A stretch of DNA of 64,000 nucleotides, from the NCBI GenBank assembly GCA_017395365.1, contig JAFPUN010000012.1, positions 19,330-83,329 of the forward strand. Reading direction: 5' to 3'. Made by a program: the position numbers and the translations under genes. Below the pieces are notes generated by a model. It saw only the letters and a list, made by a program, of their open reading frames with translations, did no database searches and was not told where the DNA came from. This stretch comes from Bacteroidales bacterium (GTDB lineage Bacteria; Bacteroidota; Bacteroidia; Bacteroidales; F082). Numbering within the stretch: position 1 is the stretch's first letter; each line of letters starts with the position of its first letter. Below, one piece after another: positions 52,871 through 61,499 of this stretch.

Positions 52871-54658
52871 TCAAATATACCCGAATCGTTTCCTGACAAT
52901 TTCCTTCTCTTCATCGCTGCTGTCGCGGAAGAGCGGCATCACTTCGTCCTCGGGGAAGTCGGTGAAGGTGAGGAAAAGCAAACTGTCCAAAGTGTCGTTG
53001 AAATCAGGGTCAACATTGAAACAAAGGAACTTGGCGTTAAGTTTCAGATATTTCTTGAACAAGGTGGGCAGGCGGTATTGGCCATTGCTCAATCGGAACA
53101 TGAACTTGTCAAACTTCTCGATACCATCCATATTGCCTTGCATCAACACATCTGCATCCACCTTAAGGAAATCTTCATGGAATGGTGTCATCGGCGTGGC
53201 CATGTGGGCGAGCTCCTCACTCACGGGATGCTTCTCCGTGACATATTTCACGATCATGCTCATATAGAACTTGGGGTACCAAGAGCTGATACTCACCGGC
53301 CCAATGAAATGCTTGGCCTCGGGATAACGCACCACCACATCGGAAAGACCTCGCAGCAGCAGCATCAGAGGCAACACCTCCTTCTGGTATTCCAAAGTGA
53401 CAAACGACCTACCCAACTCTATGGTGTTCGACAGGTGTTCCGCAAATGCCTCGTCGAAATTCACCAAAGTGCTGACATAAAAGCCTTTGATGCCATATTT
53501 TGGGATAATCTCGCTGCCGATGCCAAGACGATAACAACCCGCTATCTTCTGTTTCACCTTGTCCCAAAGAATCATCTGTTTGAAATGGCGGTCAAACTCA
53601 TCCTGGTCAAGGCTCTTGCCCGTGCCCTCGCCTATAGCTCGGAAGGTCTCCTCACGCAGGCGGGCAATCTCGTGCATAAGGTTAGGTATATCCTCGTAAT
53701 CAGCCAGATAGCAGTCATAGTCGGAAGTGGAATACAAGAATGCCTTCTCGCGTATGGCGTCCAACTCATTCAACATGAGCGACAAATCTGTTGGAGCATC
53801 AATGTCCTCCAAATCCGCCACCTTCTTCTCGACCGCTCGAGTTGGGATGTTGGCTTCAAGCGCATAGGAGCGGCTGCGCAGATAGGCCGCCAACTCCTTA
53901 GGATTCTCATAGAGTGCTACTTCAGCTGGCATGATAGGCTTGCCAATTTGCAGGTTGAAGCAGGTGTCATGCTTGTTGGCAAGCTCTCGTGTCAAGCGGG
54001 CTGTGCCAAGCATGGTGTGAATTTTGTCGAGAGCATAAAAGAGCTTCGAGTTTTGTCCTTCCCAAAAAACTGGGATTACGGGAACGCCTGCATTCTTGAT
54101 GATACGAGCGATGGAGGTGCTCCAAGGCAGGTCCTCAGGGAAGTCATGGCCATGATAGCGCGACACCTCACCAGCAGGGAACACGCCCAATCCATTGCCA
54201 GCGGCGATATGCTGAATGGCACCTTTGATGCCGCTCACACTGCTCTTCCATTCGGGGTTGTTTTCGAACGGGTTGACGGCAAAGAAACACTCCTTGAGAT
54301 TGGGGATATGCGAAAGGATGAAGTTGGCCATAATTTTGAAGTCGGGCCTCACCTTGGCAATGGCACTCAAAAGCATCACGCCCTCAATGCCACCGAATGG
54401 ATGGTTGCTGACCACAACAAAGCCGCCCTCTTTTGGGATGTTCTCCAACTGATCCGCACTGACATCGATGGTGATGTTCATATTCTCCAACAGATGGTCG
54501 GCGAACTCACGCCCCTGATAATCAGCAGCTCCATCAAACAAATGGTTGATTTTGCCAAGCCCCAGCGCTCCATAGGCAATTCCAGCGACACAAGTGCCGA
54601 AGAAGCCTTTCATGCCGAAGGCCTTTTTCAAATCCGAGTTGGTTACTACTTTTCGCAT
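52871..54658 (-). CDS. Bifunctional acyltransferase, OlsF-like (N-terminal PlsC-type O-acyltransferase plus C-terminal OlsB/GNAT-type N-acyltransferase)
   Basis: VVSNHPFGGIEG and FPAGEVS (lysophospholipid acyltransferase blocks), then DEFDRHFKQMILWDKVKQKIAGCYRLG (OlsB-like). ATG at 54658 downstream of the -7 box. Confidence 0.65.
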   Translation of the reverse strand: MRKVVTNSDLKKAFGMKGFFGTCVAGIAYGALGLGKINHLFDGAADYQGREFADHLLENMNITIDVSADQLENIPKEGGFVVVSNHPFGGIEGVMLLSAIAKVRPDFKIMANFILSHIPNLKECFFAVNPFENNPEWKSSVSGIKGAIQHIAAGNGLGVFPAGEVSRYHGHDFPEDLPWSTSIARIIKNAGVPVIPVFWEGQNSKLFYALDKIHTMLGTARLTRELANKHDTCFNLQIGKPIMPAEVALYENPKELAAYLRSRSYALEANIPTRAVEKKVADLEDIDAPTDLSLMLNELDAIREKAFLYSTSDYDCYLADYEDIPNLMHEIARLREETFRAIGEGTGKSLDQDEFDRHFKQMILWDKVKQKIAGCYRLGIGSEIIPKYGIKGFYVSTLVNFDEAFAEHLSNTIELGRSFVTLEYQKEVLPLMLLLRGLSDVVVRYPEAKHFIGPVSISSWYPKFYMSMIVKYVTEKHPVSEELAHMATPMTPFHEDFLKVDADVLMQGNMDGIEKFDKFMFRLSNGQYRLPTLFKKYLKLNAKFLCFNVDPDFNDTLDSLLFLTFTDFPEDEVMPLFRDSSDEEKEIVRKRFGYI

Positions 54659-54694
54659 GGTGATTGAGCCTTTCGAACCATCAGTTTCAAACGG

Positions 54695-54702
54695 CAAAAA
54701 TA
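54695..54702 (-). promoter_or_regulatory. -7 box (TAttTTTG) for the OlsF-like gene
   Basis: Plus strand caaaaata. The track TTG start at 54697 lies inside this box and is therefore unlikely. Confidence 0.45.
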
Positions 54703-54777
54703 AGGTATTTTATAAATCAAACCATTTTTTAATGGCAAAAACTATTAATCCACATTGGATGCCATCACAGAAAAATG

Positions 54778-54785
54778 TATTTTTG
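54778..54785 (+). promoter_or_regulatory. -7 box TAttTTTG for the pseudouridine synthase gene
   Basis: 28 nt upstream of the ATG at 54813. Confidence 0.45.
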
Positions 54786-54812
54786 CCACTACTTACTTTT
54801 CCATCAATACCC

Positions 54813-55358
54813 ATGGTTATTCTTTTCAACAAACCATTTGGCGTACTCAGCCAGTTCACCCCAGAGGCAGGTCATCGCGCTCTCGATGAATTTGGATTCC
54901 CCGCGGGCGTGTATGCCGCCGGTCGCCTTGACCACGACAGCGAAGGTGCCCTTCTCCTCACCGATGAAGGGAAACTCATCAAGATACTGCTCGACCCAAA
55001 ATTCGAACATCCGCGTACCTATCTGGCCCAAGTGGATGGACAAATCACCCAAGAGGCTGTCGACCTATTAAAAAAAGGAGTGACCATCAAAGGCTATCGC
55101 ACCAAACCCTGCCAAGCAGAAATCGTTGAGGCGCCAGAGAACCTTTGGGAAAGAGTGCCTCCCATCCGCTATCGCGCCAACATTCCGACCAGCTGGGTGC
55201 GTCTCACCCTCATCGAAGGCAAGAACCGTCAGGTACGCCACATGACCGCCGCTGTAGGGTTCCCCACTTTGCGTCTTATCCGCGTCAAGATTGGCAACAT
55301 TGCCTTGGATGAATTGCAGCCAGGAGAATGGAGGATAGTCAACGAAAAAGTGATTTAA
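54813..55358 (+). CDS. rluE: Pseudouridine synthase, RsuA/RluE family
   Basis: VILFNKPFGVLSQF...AAGRLDHDSEGALLLTDEG...GKNRQVRHMTAAVG. Confidence 0.8.
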   Translation: MVILFNKPFGVLSQFTPEAGHRALDEFGFPAGVYAAGRLDHDSEGALLLTDEGKLIKILLDPKFEHPRTYLAQVDGQITQEAVDLLKKGVTIKGYRTKPCQAEIVEAPENLWERVPPIRYRANIPTSWVRLTLIEGKNRQVRHMTAAVGFPTLRLIRVKIGNIALDELQPGEWRIVNEKVI

Positions 55359-55909
55359 GCCATATTATTTGTCGGATAACCACTTTCGTTCCAAGCTATG
55401 CCATAATGCTTGGTGAAATAGCGTTTGGCGTGGTTGTTGGCACGAATCTCAGTCCAAAACACATTATGATTGCCCTTGCCCATGGCGTTCAGGAGACTGG
55501 GCAATCCGATGACAGGGAGATACAACCACCCAAAGCGTTGGCTGTCGGTAGTGTGTCCGAATTCGTGCTGACATATCTGATTGCCAAGGATATACCTCTC
55601 CCCTTCGCCTTGCATCCATGGCGCGGCCCATAGGTCGACGAAAGTACCCAGCGACACGCCCATGCCATAAGGCCAATCCTTCTTCGTTGCGAAGGTAATA
55701 CCGCCAAAGGTATCGACGCGATCAACCTGGCCTGCGAGAGCCCGCACCACTGAATACAACCATCCCACAAGGGTCTGAGGCAGCTCCCAAGTGAGCCTAG
55801 AGAGCAGTTGCCAAACACGGCCCCATGGCGACCGATTGTGGTCAGTCAAGAAGAGGCCTCGGGTAAGTTGGGCTGCAGTTTTGAGACGATGTGAAATAGT
55901 GCTAGACAT
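55355..55909 (-). CDS. Hypothetical protein with HExxH motif (QHEFGH)
   Basis: 184-aa ORF. Putative zinc-binding HEFGH with no other recognised domain. Confidence 0.5.
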   Translation of the reverse strand: MSSTISHRLKTAAQLTRGLFLTDHNRSPWGRVWQLLSRLTWELPQTLVGWLYSVVRALAGQVDRVDTFGGITFATKKDWPYGMGVSLGTFVDLWAAPWMQGEGERYILGNQICQHEFGHTTDSQRFGWLYLPVIGLPSLLNAMGKGNHNVFWTEIRANNHAKRYFTKHYGIAWNESGYPTNNMA

Positions 55910-55974
55910 GGGTGCAAAAGTACCAAGTTTTAGCCAAGTTTATTACAATTTTCAATACCATTTTTAAATAAAAT

Positions 55975-55998
55975 GGGCATCAGTTACTTCTGATGCCC
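55975..55998 (-). terminator. Terminator candidate after the DUF2795 gene
   Basis: gggcatcag-ttactt-ctgatgccc stem, with a T-rich run following on the minus strand. Confidence 0.6.
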
Positions 55999-56043
55999 AA
56001 GTTTATAACAGCCTAATTGTTAGGGAATAAGGCGGAAAACCGC

Positions 56044-56265
56044 TTAATACTCATCTTCGTTGAAAAAGAAATCATCCTTCGAAGGATAATCAGGCCAAAG
56101 GTCTTCGATGCGTTCGTATATCTCACCCTCGTCTTCCATCTCCTGAAGGTTCTCAATGATCTCTTCCTGCGCGCCCGTACGCAAGGCCCAATCCAATAGT
56201 TCGTCACGAGTGGCAGGCCACGGAGCGTCTTCCAATTTTGAGGCTAATTCTAGTGTCCAATACAT
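56044..56265 (-). CDS. DUF2795-like small acidic protein
   Basis: PWPATRDELLDWALRTGAQEEIIENLQEMEDEGEIYERIEDLW. Confidence 0.6.
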   Translation of the reverse strand: MYWTLELASKLEDAPWPATRDELLDWALRTGAQEEIIENLQEMEDEGEIYERIEDLWPDYPSKDDFFFNEDEY

Positions 56266-56353
56266 AGTCTATTTCCTTTTGTTTAGAGCGCGCAAAAGTA
56301 CAAGTATTTTTTTAACCCACAAGGGGTTTTTATTCTAAATTATACTTATTATA

Positions 56354-56911
56354 TTAATTTGATTTCCAACTATTTTCATCAATATTTTCTAAAAAGCCAA
56401 AAAATCTTGACAAAACGAAGAAGTAATCTGACAACCGGTTGAGGTATTTCAAATCGAGCGAATCGACGGGATGCTGCGCAGCCAAACGCCACCCTTGACG
56501 TTCGGCACGACGGCACACCGTGCGGCACACATGGGCATGACTCGCCTTGAGGTTGCCACCCGGGATAACGAAACTCTTCAACTCGGGCAGTTGTTCGTTC
56601 ATGACATCGATTTCATGCTCCAAATAGGCCACATCATCGGTTGTCAACACTGGAATCATTTTCTTCACCTCGGAGTTTTCGTCCAAGGCAAAGTGCGACT
56701 CGATGGTGAACAACTTGTTTTGCACAGTGTCCAACACGGTCTTCATCTCTGCAGTAACGCCTTCTTGGTCATAAAGTACACCGATGAAAGCGCTTAACTC
56801 GTCGACGGTACCGTAAGCCTCCACCCTATCGTCATATTTCGCGACACGCAAGCCGCCTATCAGTGAGGTCTTGCCTTCGTCGCCTGTTCGGGTATAAGTG
56901 ATATTTTTCAT
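56354..56911 (-). CDS. Cob(I)yrinic acid a,c-diamide adenosyltransferase, PduO type
   Basis: YTRTGDEGKTSLIGGLRVAKYDDRVEAYGTVDELSAFIG. ATG at 56911. The track extension translates a repeat element (MSLSKGPTERR). Confidence 0.85.
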   Translation of the reverse strand: MKNITYTRTGDEGKTSLIGGLRVAKYDDRVEAYGTVDELSAFIGVLYDQEGVTAEMKTVLDTVQNKLFTIESHFALDENSEVKKMIPVLTTDDVAYLEHEIDVMNEQLPELKSFVIPGGNLKASHAHVCRTVCRRAERQGWRLAAQHPVDSLDLKYLNRLSDYFFVLSRFFGFLENIDENSWKSN

Positions 56912-56927
56912 ATTTCTCCTCTCTGTC

Positions 56928-56970
56928 GGGCCTTTCGACAGGCTCAAAGTCCCTGAGCTTGTCGAAGTGC
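56928..56970. repeat. Full hairpin copy of the cttcgacaggctca repeat family
   Basis: ttcgacaggctca (56934-56946) pairs with tgagcttgtcgaa (56954-56966). Confidence 0.75.
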
Positions 56971-56981
56971 AGTTTTATTCA

Positions 56982-57650
56982 TTAATACTTCAAAACAAAA
57001 TCCTGTTTTTCAATACCTTCTCGGAAGAAGACCATGCCGATGCAATACAAGTCGAAAGTCACAGAGACATCTTCGTTGGCTTTTATCTCCTCCCAAGCAT
57101 CCTCCATGTCACGGTTGTGATGGATGCCCTCGAAGACAAACACCGATTCGGAAGACTTATGATTCAGACAATCTGCAAGATAATCCCAAGTCTCCCCCTC
57201 AAAGGAGTCACGGCTGAAGAAGACAAAGCCGGTGTTGAGGCGCTTGAAATGTTCCGAGTCGAACTCTTCGGGCTGGATGAGGTTCACATTGACGACACCC
57301 ATGGAATTGAGTAGTTCCAAAAAGTCATCAGACTCCTCAAGGTAAACCTTGGTCTGGAGATGTCCCAAAGCCATCGCCGCGGTGTTCAGCGCCGATACTT
57401 TGCCGAACGACACCACCGAGTCGGGCTCAAAATAGCGTACCATACGATAGAGCAAACGGCTCTGTTTACGCAAATTATAGTTGATATGCTTGCGCTTGCT
57501 GCGCAACCGGGCAATACGGTAAATGGTATCGTAGTCACGATTGGAGCCGCTGTCATTGAGCACCTTGCGCATAAACTCATACACAAAAGGCGAATGAATG
57601 CCGTACTCACTCTTGCGATGCACCAGATATTTTAGCCAACTGCCAATCAT
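56982..57650 (-). CDS. Probable class I SAM-dependent methyltransferase
   Basis: The N-terminal GIHSPFVYEFMRKVL motif recalls a Bacteroidota methyltransferase-annotated family. Weak call. Confidence 0.45.
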   Translation of the reverse strand: MIGSWLKYLVHRKSEYGIHSPFVYEFMRKVLNDSGSNRDYDTIYRIARLRSKRKHINYNLRKQSRLLYRMVRYFEPDSVVSFGKVSALNTAAMALGHLQTKVYLEESDDFLELLNSMGVVNVNLIQPEEFDSEHFKRLNTGFVFFSRDSFEGETWDYLADCLNHKSSESVFVFEGIHHNRDMEDAWEEIKANEDVSVTFDLYCIGMVFFREGIEKQDFVLKY

Positions 57651-57653
57651 AAC

Positions 57654-59213
57654 TTAATCATATTGAACCTTTTGCAAGTAATACACCGTTCGTCTCGGCT
57701 TGGGTTGCGTACTGTTTTGGATGATTTGCGAACCGTAGATGAGAAAACGGTTGTCGTACCAAGGAGTGAGTTGGGCGAAATACTCGTCTTCCACATAATC
57801 GGCACCATAGATGGGAGCCAGCTTCGCCTCCTGCAGGTTCATCAAAACCTGACCTTGAGCATCAAAAGCAGTGTATCTTAAACGGTTGTAATAGGGCGAA
57901 GCCACCACCAGTTCGTCAAAACACACCCCTTCTCCCGCATGGGGAAAGAGATCGTATGTCAGTTCATTGTCGAACTTCACCGACTGCTGCCACTGCAATT
58001 GTCCATTGGAGTCGAAGGCCAGCAGCACTTCGCTGAAGAAGTCGTAGCCATCGAAGATGGTGTAGGTGTAAGGATAGCCGCCATAATAACCGTAATAGCC
58101 ATAGTTCATGCGTGTCTCGGTGTGGTAATAGGGCATGAACGCTTCCAGGGCGAAGACAGTCAAATCGCCAAAATCAGTCAAACGGGGTGTCAGAAACTGG
58201 AAAGCAATCTCCGACAAGGTGGTATTCTCTTTTTTCTGCTTCTTTAAACGCTCCTCACGCAAACGCACCCGATCGGAGGCGGTCAAGGCATGTTCTATCT
58301 CGGGCATGTCCTTAAAGAGGTAGATATGGCTCTCTGGGGATGAAGACAAGAAGCGCAACCATACCACGCCGAGGCTCTCTTTGTCGAAGTTCTCCGTCAC
58401 GCCTTCAAGATTGACCTTACGGCCCATCTCGCGTTCCAATGTGCCGATAACGACAAGATGACGGCTCTCGTCGAAACGAAAGCCCATACGGCCCAAGGAA
58501 GCGCTGGGAATGTTCTCGTAGCGATAGCTGCCTTGCAAATCCCCAGTGGGGGAATAAAGCATGAATGAAGTCGACACGAAACGCTTGTTCTCATATTCCT
58601 TGGCAGCCACCACAAAACAGCGTTCTTGCTGGAAAGCATCCGTTTGAAACAACACATTGCTACCCGTTGAAGCAGGAGTCACCATGCGGTATTGGTTGTT
58701 CGCCAGGTTGTAGAAATACAACACGCCATTGCCTGCTTTGTTGTTCACAGCCATCATCATCGTGCCCTTAACAACCTCAACTGACAGCGGCACTGACTTT
58801 TCAGCCCATTTGTTCCAGAAGGTCTGATAACTGCCATTCTCCTTGTCGAATGAGACTACGATAAAATCGAGTGTGTCGGCGGCTTTTTTGTTGCCGTCGT
58901 TGACGAAGAGGAAGGCCGCAAAACGGCCGTCGCTACCCGAAGCCGAGAACTTGACCTTTTCGGGCAGGGGTATCAAATCGTTACGGGTCTCGTAGAGGGT
59001 ACTGTCGAGACACGCGAAACTCCACAGCCGATGTTTGTCCTTGTCGGTCTTGTCGGTTTCGTAGGCCATGATGCCATCAGATTGCCCAATGGCCTGAAAA
59101 TGGCAATCTTGTTCCTTGTTCCAACGACTCACCTCATAGCGCACGGGCTCCACCTGTTGGGCAGAGACCCAACTGGCAAGGAACAGGGATGCTATGAGAA
59201 AGAGCTTTTTCAT
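57654..59213 (-). CDS. Hypothetical secreted protein
   Basis: Signal peptide MKKLFLIASLFLASWVSAQQ. No recognised domain. Confidence 0.6.
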   Translation of the reverse strand: MKKLFLIASLFLASWVSAQQVEPVRYEVSRWNKEQDCHFQAIGQSDGIMAYETDKTDKDKHRLWSFACLDSTLYETRNDLIPLPEKVKFSASGSDGRFAAFLFVNDGNKKAADTLDFIVVSFDKENGSYQTFWNKWAEKSVPLSVEVVKGTMMMAVNNKAGNGVLYFYNLANNQYRMVTPASTGSNVLFQTDAFQQERCFVVAAKEYENKRFVSTSFMLYSPTGDLQGSYRYENIPSASLGRMGFRFDESRHLVVIGTLEREMGRKVNLEGVTENFDKESLGVVWLRFLSSSPESHIYLFKDMPEIEHALTASDRVRLREERLKKQKKENTTLSEIAFQFLTPRLTDFGDLTVFALEAFMPYYHTETRMNYGYYGYYGGYPYTYTIFDGYDFFSEVLLAFDSNGQLQWQQSVKFDNELTYDLFPHAGEGVCFDELVVASPYYNRLRYTAFDAQGQVLMNLQEAKLAPIYGADYVEDEYFAQLTPWYDNRFLIYGSQIIQNSTQPKPRRTVYYLQKVQYD

Positions 59214-59228
59214 CTTGTTGTCACTACC

Positions 59229-59304
59229 GTCATTGCGAGGAACGAAGCAATCCAGAGAGTCAGCTTATCCCCTGGATTGCTTCGTCGTTCCTCCTCGCAA
59301 TGAC
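59229..59304 (-). repeat. Second copy of the 77-nt gtcattgcgagg...agcaatccag palindromic element (intergenic)
   Basis: Short arm 59229-59255 and long arm 59272-59304, inverted relative to the hemW copy. The loop sequences differ. Confidence 0.85.
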
Positions 59305-59319
59305 GCTATCGCGTCTGTA

Positions 59320-60975
59320 TTAGAACTTCACGAACTTCGCAACAGCCGTCATGCCGTTGGCATAGCGGAAGTTGACGAAATACACGCCGTTTTCGAGCTC
59401 GCTCACATTGAGTTGGGCATTGCCGGCTGCGACATTCATCTCGCGCACCATACGGCCCGTCACATCGAAGATGTTGATCTGGGCATCGCTGTCCAAAGTG
59501 AACGACACCTGCTCACGGGCAGGATTGGGATAAAGGCTGACACAAGCCATCTCATTATCGTTGACGGCAGCCGTGAACTTACCCCACACCTTCACGTAAT
59601 CAATTTCCCATGAGGAAGCAGCTTCGTCAGAACTTGTATAGATGAACGCGATATAGAAGCTTCCATTTTCAGCATAATCGATCACATTCAATTCGCCCGA
59701 TTCAACCCATTCGTAGTCACCCGTTGAATAGTCGAAAGCGTCGGTGATATCCTCCCACTCGAAGTCGCTGGGGTCACTTTGTCCATCATAATCCATGGAG
59801 ATGGCCACGCGCAGCGGGTCGCCGTCGAACTTCATTGCCGTACGGAACTCCATGAAAATATCGGTGAAAGTCAGATCCGGAACTTCCACATAACCAATCA
59901 GCCAGTCTTCATTCTGATGGCTTGCCTGTTCAGCATAACCATTCATATTGGCATAGGTCGTGCCCTGATGAGAACCTTGGTGCCAGCCTTGATCGCCGTA
60001 GGCATCGTAGGCAAAGAACACGCCAAGATCTTCATCGAATTCTTCATAGAGCAGAATGTAGACTTCTTCCGTAGTAGCTGTTTCCGTAGGATAGGTGCCA
60101 TCGGTCTTATAGTCAATGGCAGCACCGCTGTTGGTGTAGGGGAAGATGGCGAAATGATAAGTAACGCCACCTTGCAAGCCACTGAATGTCACAGTCTGAG
60201 CACCGTAATTCACATTTTTGGCCAAATCGCTATCGGGAACGGGAGTACCGTCGGTAGGAACAGTGATGTTGCCCGTGGAGGCCAGAACCAAGTACTTGGA
60301 AGGCAGTTGTTCACCGATGGCGTCTTCCCAGACGAGATAGACATCAGTGCCATCTACCAAAGCCTCAAATTCAGTGGGATAGTTGCTCGGTTCGGGGTCG
60401 GGATCACTACTACCACCAGCCTTGTACAAGCTGACGCGAGTGTCGATATTCGACGTTTCGGCATAGCAGCTGAACAAAGGAGCATTGTTTGAGGTGTTGG
60501 GGTTGAAACGCATGTTGTTGCGCTCATTTTCGCCTTGGGCTACCACCTCAACCGTACCATCGCCGTTAAAGGTGATGCTCCATTGACCGTTGGCATCGAG
60601 GGTGGTTTGAGTCTTCAAATTGTTGCTGCTGCTACTTGCGGCATAAAGATAACCGCCTTTGGCCTCGTCGAAGAAGGTCCAAGCACCAGTGCTTCCACCC
60701 AAAGTGAACTCAAACACATCGGTTTCGCTCGTGGGATCAGTGCCAGGTGTAACGGAGATGGCATCGCCATTTTCGCTCACAACCACAGCATGACGGTTGT
60801 TCGGTTTTTGGTAACCCATAGCGAGTACGCCCAAATCTTCATAATGCGCCACGATGAGGTAGTTGGCTCCAGCCTCAAGACCTGAGGCTGAGGTGACCTG
60901 TGTGTAGGTCGTTTGTGCGATGCCGCTCACCGAAAGGAGCAGCATGGCAACTAATGAGAATAAAACTTTTTTCAT
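59320..60975 (-). CDS. Secreted protein with T9SS C-terminal sorting domain
   Basis: Signal peptide. C-terminus VSLYPNPAREQVSFTL...GVYFVNFRYANGMTAVAKFVKF. Confidence 0.75.
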   Translation of the reverse strand: MKKVLFSLVAMLLLSVSGIAQTTYTQVTSASGLEAGANYLIVAHYEDLGVLAMGYQKPNNRHAVVVSENGDAISVTPGTDPTSETDVFEFTLGGSTGAWTFFDEAKGGYLYAASSSSNNLKTQTTLDANGQWSITFNGDGTVEVVAQGENERNNMRFNPNTSNNAPLFSCYAETSNIDTRVSLYKAGGSSDPDPEPSNYPTEFEALVDGTDVYLVWEDAIGEQLPSKYLVLASTGNITVPTDGTPVPDSDLAKNVNYGAQTVTFSGLQGGVTYHFAIFPYTNSGAAIDYKTDGTYPTETATTEEVYILLYEEFDEDLGVFFAYDAYGDQGWHQGSHQGTTYANMNGYAEQASHQNEDWLIGYVEVPDLTFTDIFMEFRTAMKFDGDPLRVAISMDYDGQSDPSDFEWEDITDAFDYSTGDYEWVESGELNVIDYAENGSFYIAFIYTSSDEAASSWEIDYVKVWGKFTAAVNDNEMACVSLYPNPAREQVSFTLDSDAQINIFDVTGRMVREMNVAAGNAQLNVSELENGVYFVNFRYANGMTAVAKFVKF

Positions 60976-61068
60976 TTTCGTTCGATTTTATGTTAGACAA
61001 TTAGTTTGATTTTCAGCTTAATATAACTACAAATTACACGAATGCAACGAATTGATGAGAAGAATTTG

Positions 61069-61082
61069 GGGCGCATGCGCCC
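61069..61082. repeat. Palindrome gggcgcatgcgccc within a repeat-dense spacer (61000-61192)
   Basis: Perfect 14-nt palindrome followed by nested cgaatgaac/gttcattcg inverted repeats. Confidence 0.7.
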
Positions 61083-61192
61083 GAATGAACACGAATGAGC
61101 ATCTCGATTGGTTCATTCGTACCCATTCGCAGCCTTGGCTGCAAAATTCCAAACCATATTCGCACAATTTGTTCAATTCGTAGTTCCTTTGA

Positions 61193-61444
61193 TTATAAAT
61201 CCAATGTTTCGACTTGTTCCACCGATTTAATCTCGGGGATGACTTTTTTCATCACGGATTCGATGCCGTTCTTGAGGGTCATTTTGCTATGCGGACAATT
61301 GCCACATGCTCCAGTAAGTTCCACAATCACGACATTGTCATCGGTAAGTTCCACGAAATTGACGTCGCCACCATCCTGCTGGAGGTAGGGACGCACTTGC
61401 TCGAGGACGTTTTTGACTTTTCTGAGGATGGTTTCTTTATCCAT
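61193..61444 (-). CDS. NifU-family Fe-S cluster protein (Nfu-type C-terminal domain)
   Basis: VRPYLQQDGGDVNFVELTDDNVVIVELTGACGNCPHS. ATG at 61444. The track extension reads through a palindrome. Confidence 0.85.
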   Translation of the reverse strand: MDKETILRKVKNVLEQVRPYLQQDGGDVNFVELTDDNVVIVELTGACGNCPHSKMTLKNGIESVMKKVIPEIKSVEQVETLDL

Positions 61445-61466
61445 ACCAAATGTATTTATTGCGTTG

Positions 61467-61494
61467 GTAGAGACGCGATAAATCGCGTCTCTAC
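61467..61494. repeat. Perfect 28-nt palindrome gtagagacgcga-taaa-tcgcgtctctac
   Basis: 12-bp stem between the mrp stop (61500) and the nifU start (61444). Confidence 0.85.
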
Positions 61495-61499
61495 AAGGT

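Noticed and set aside
53078-54667. 529-aa plus-strand ORF
   Set aside because: It is antisense to the OlsF-like acyltransferase gene, has no recognisable motif and has no promoter box upstream.
54594-54812. Upstream 73-aa extension of the pseudouridine synthase ORF
   Set aside because: It overlaps the start of the divergent acyltransferase gene and lies upstream of the -7 box at 54778. The ATG at 54813 gives the conserved VILFNKPFG start.
56912-56947. Longer N-termini of the PduO-type gene (MSLSKGPTERR), the MBL gene (40119-40181) and nifU (61445-61507)
   Set aside because: The extensions are translations of repeat-family hairpins. Internal ATGs give N-termini that match the conserved family starts.
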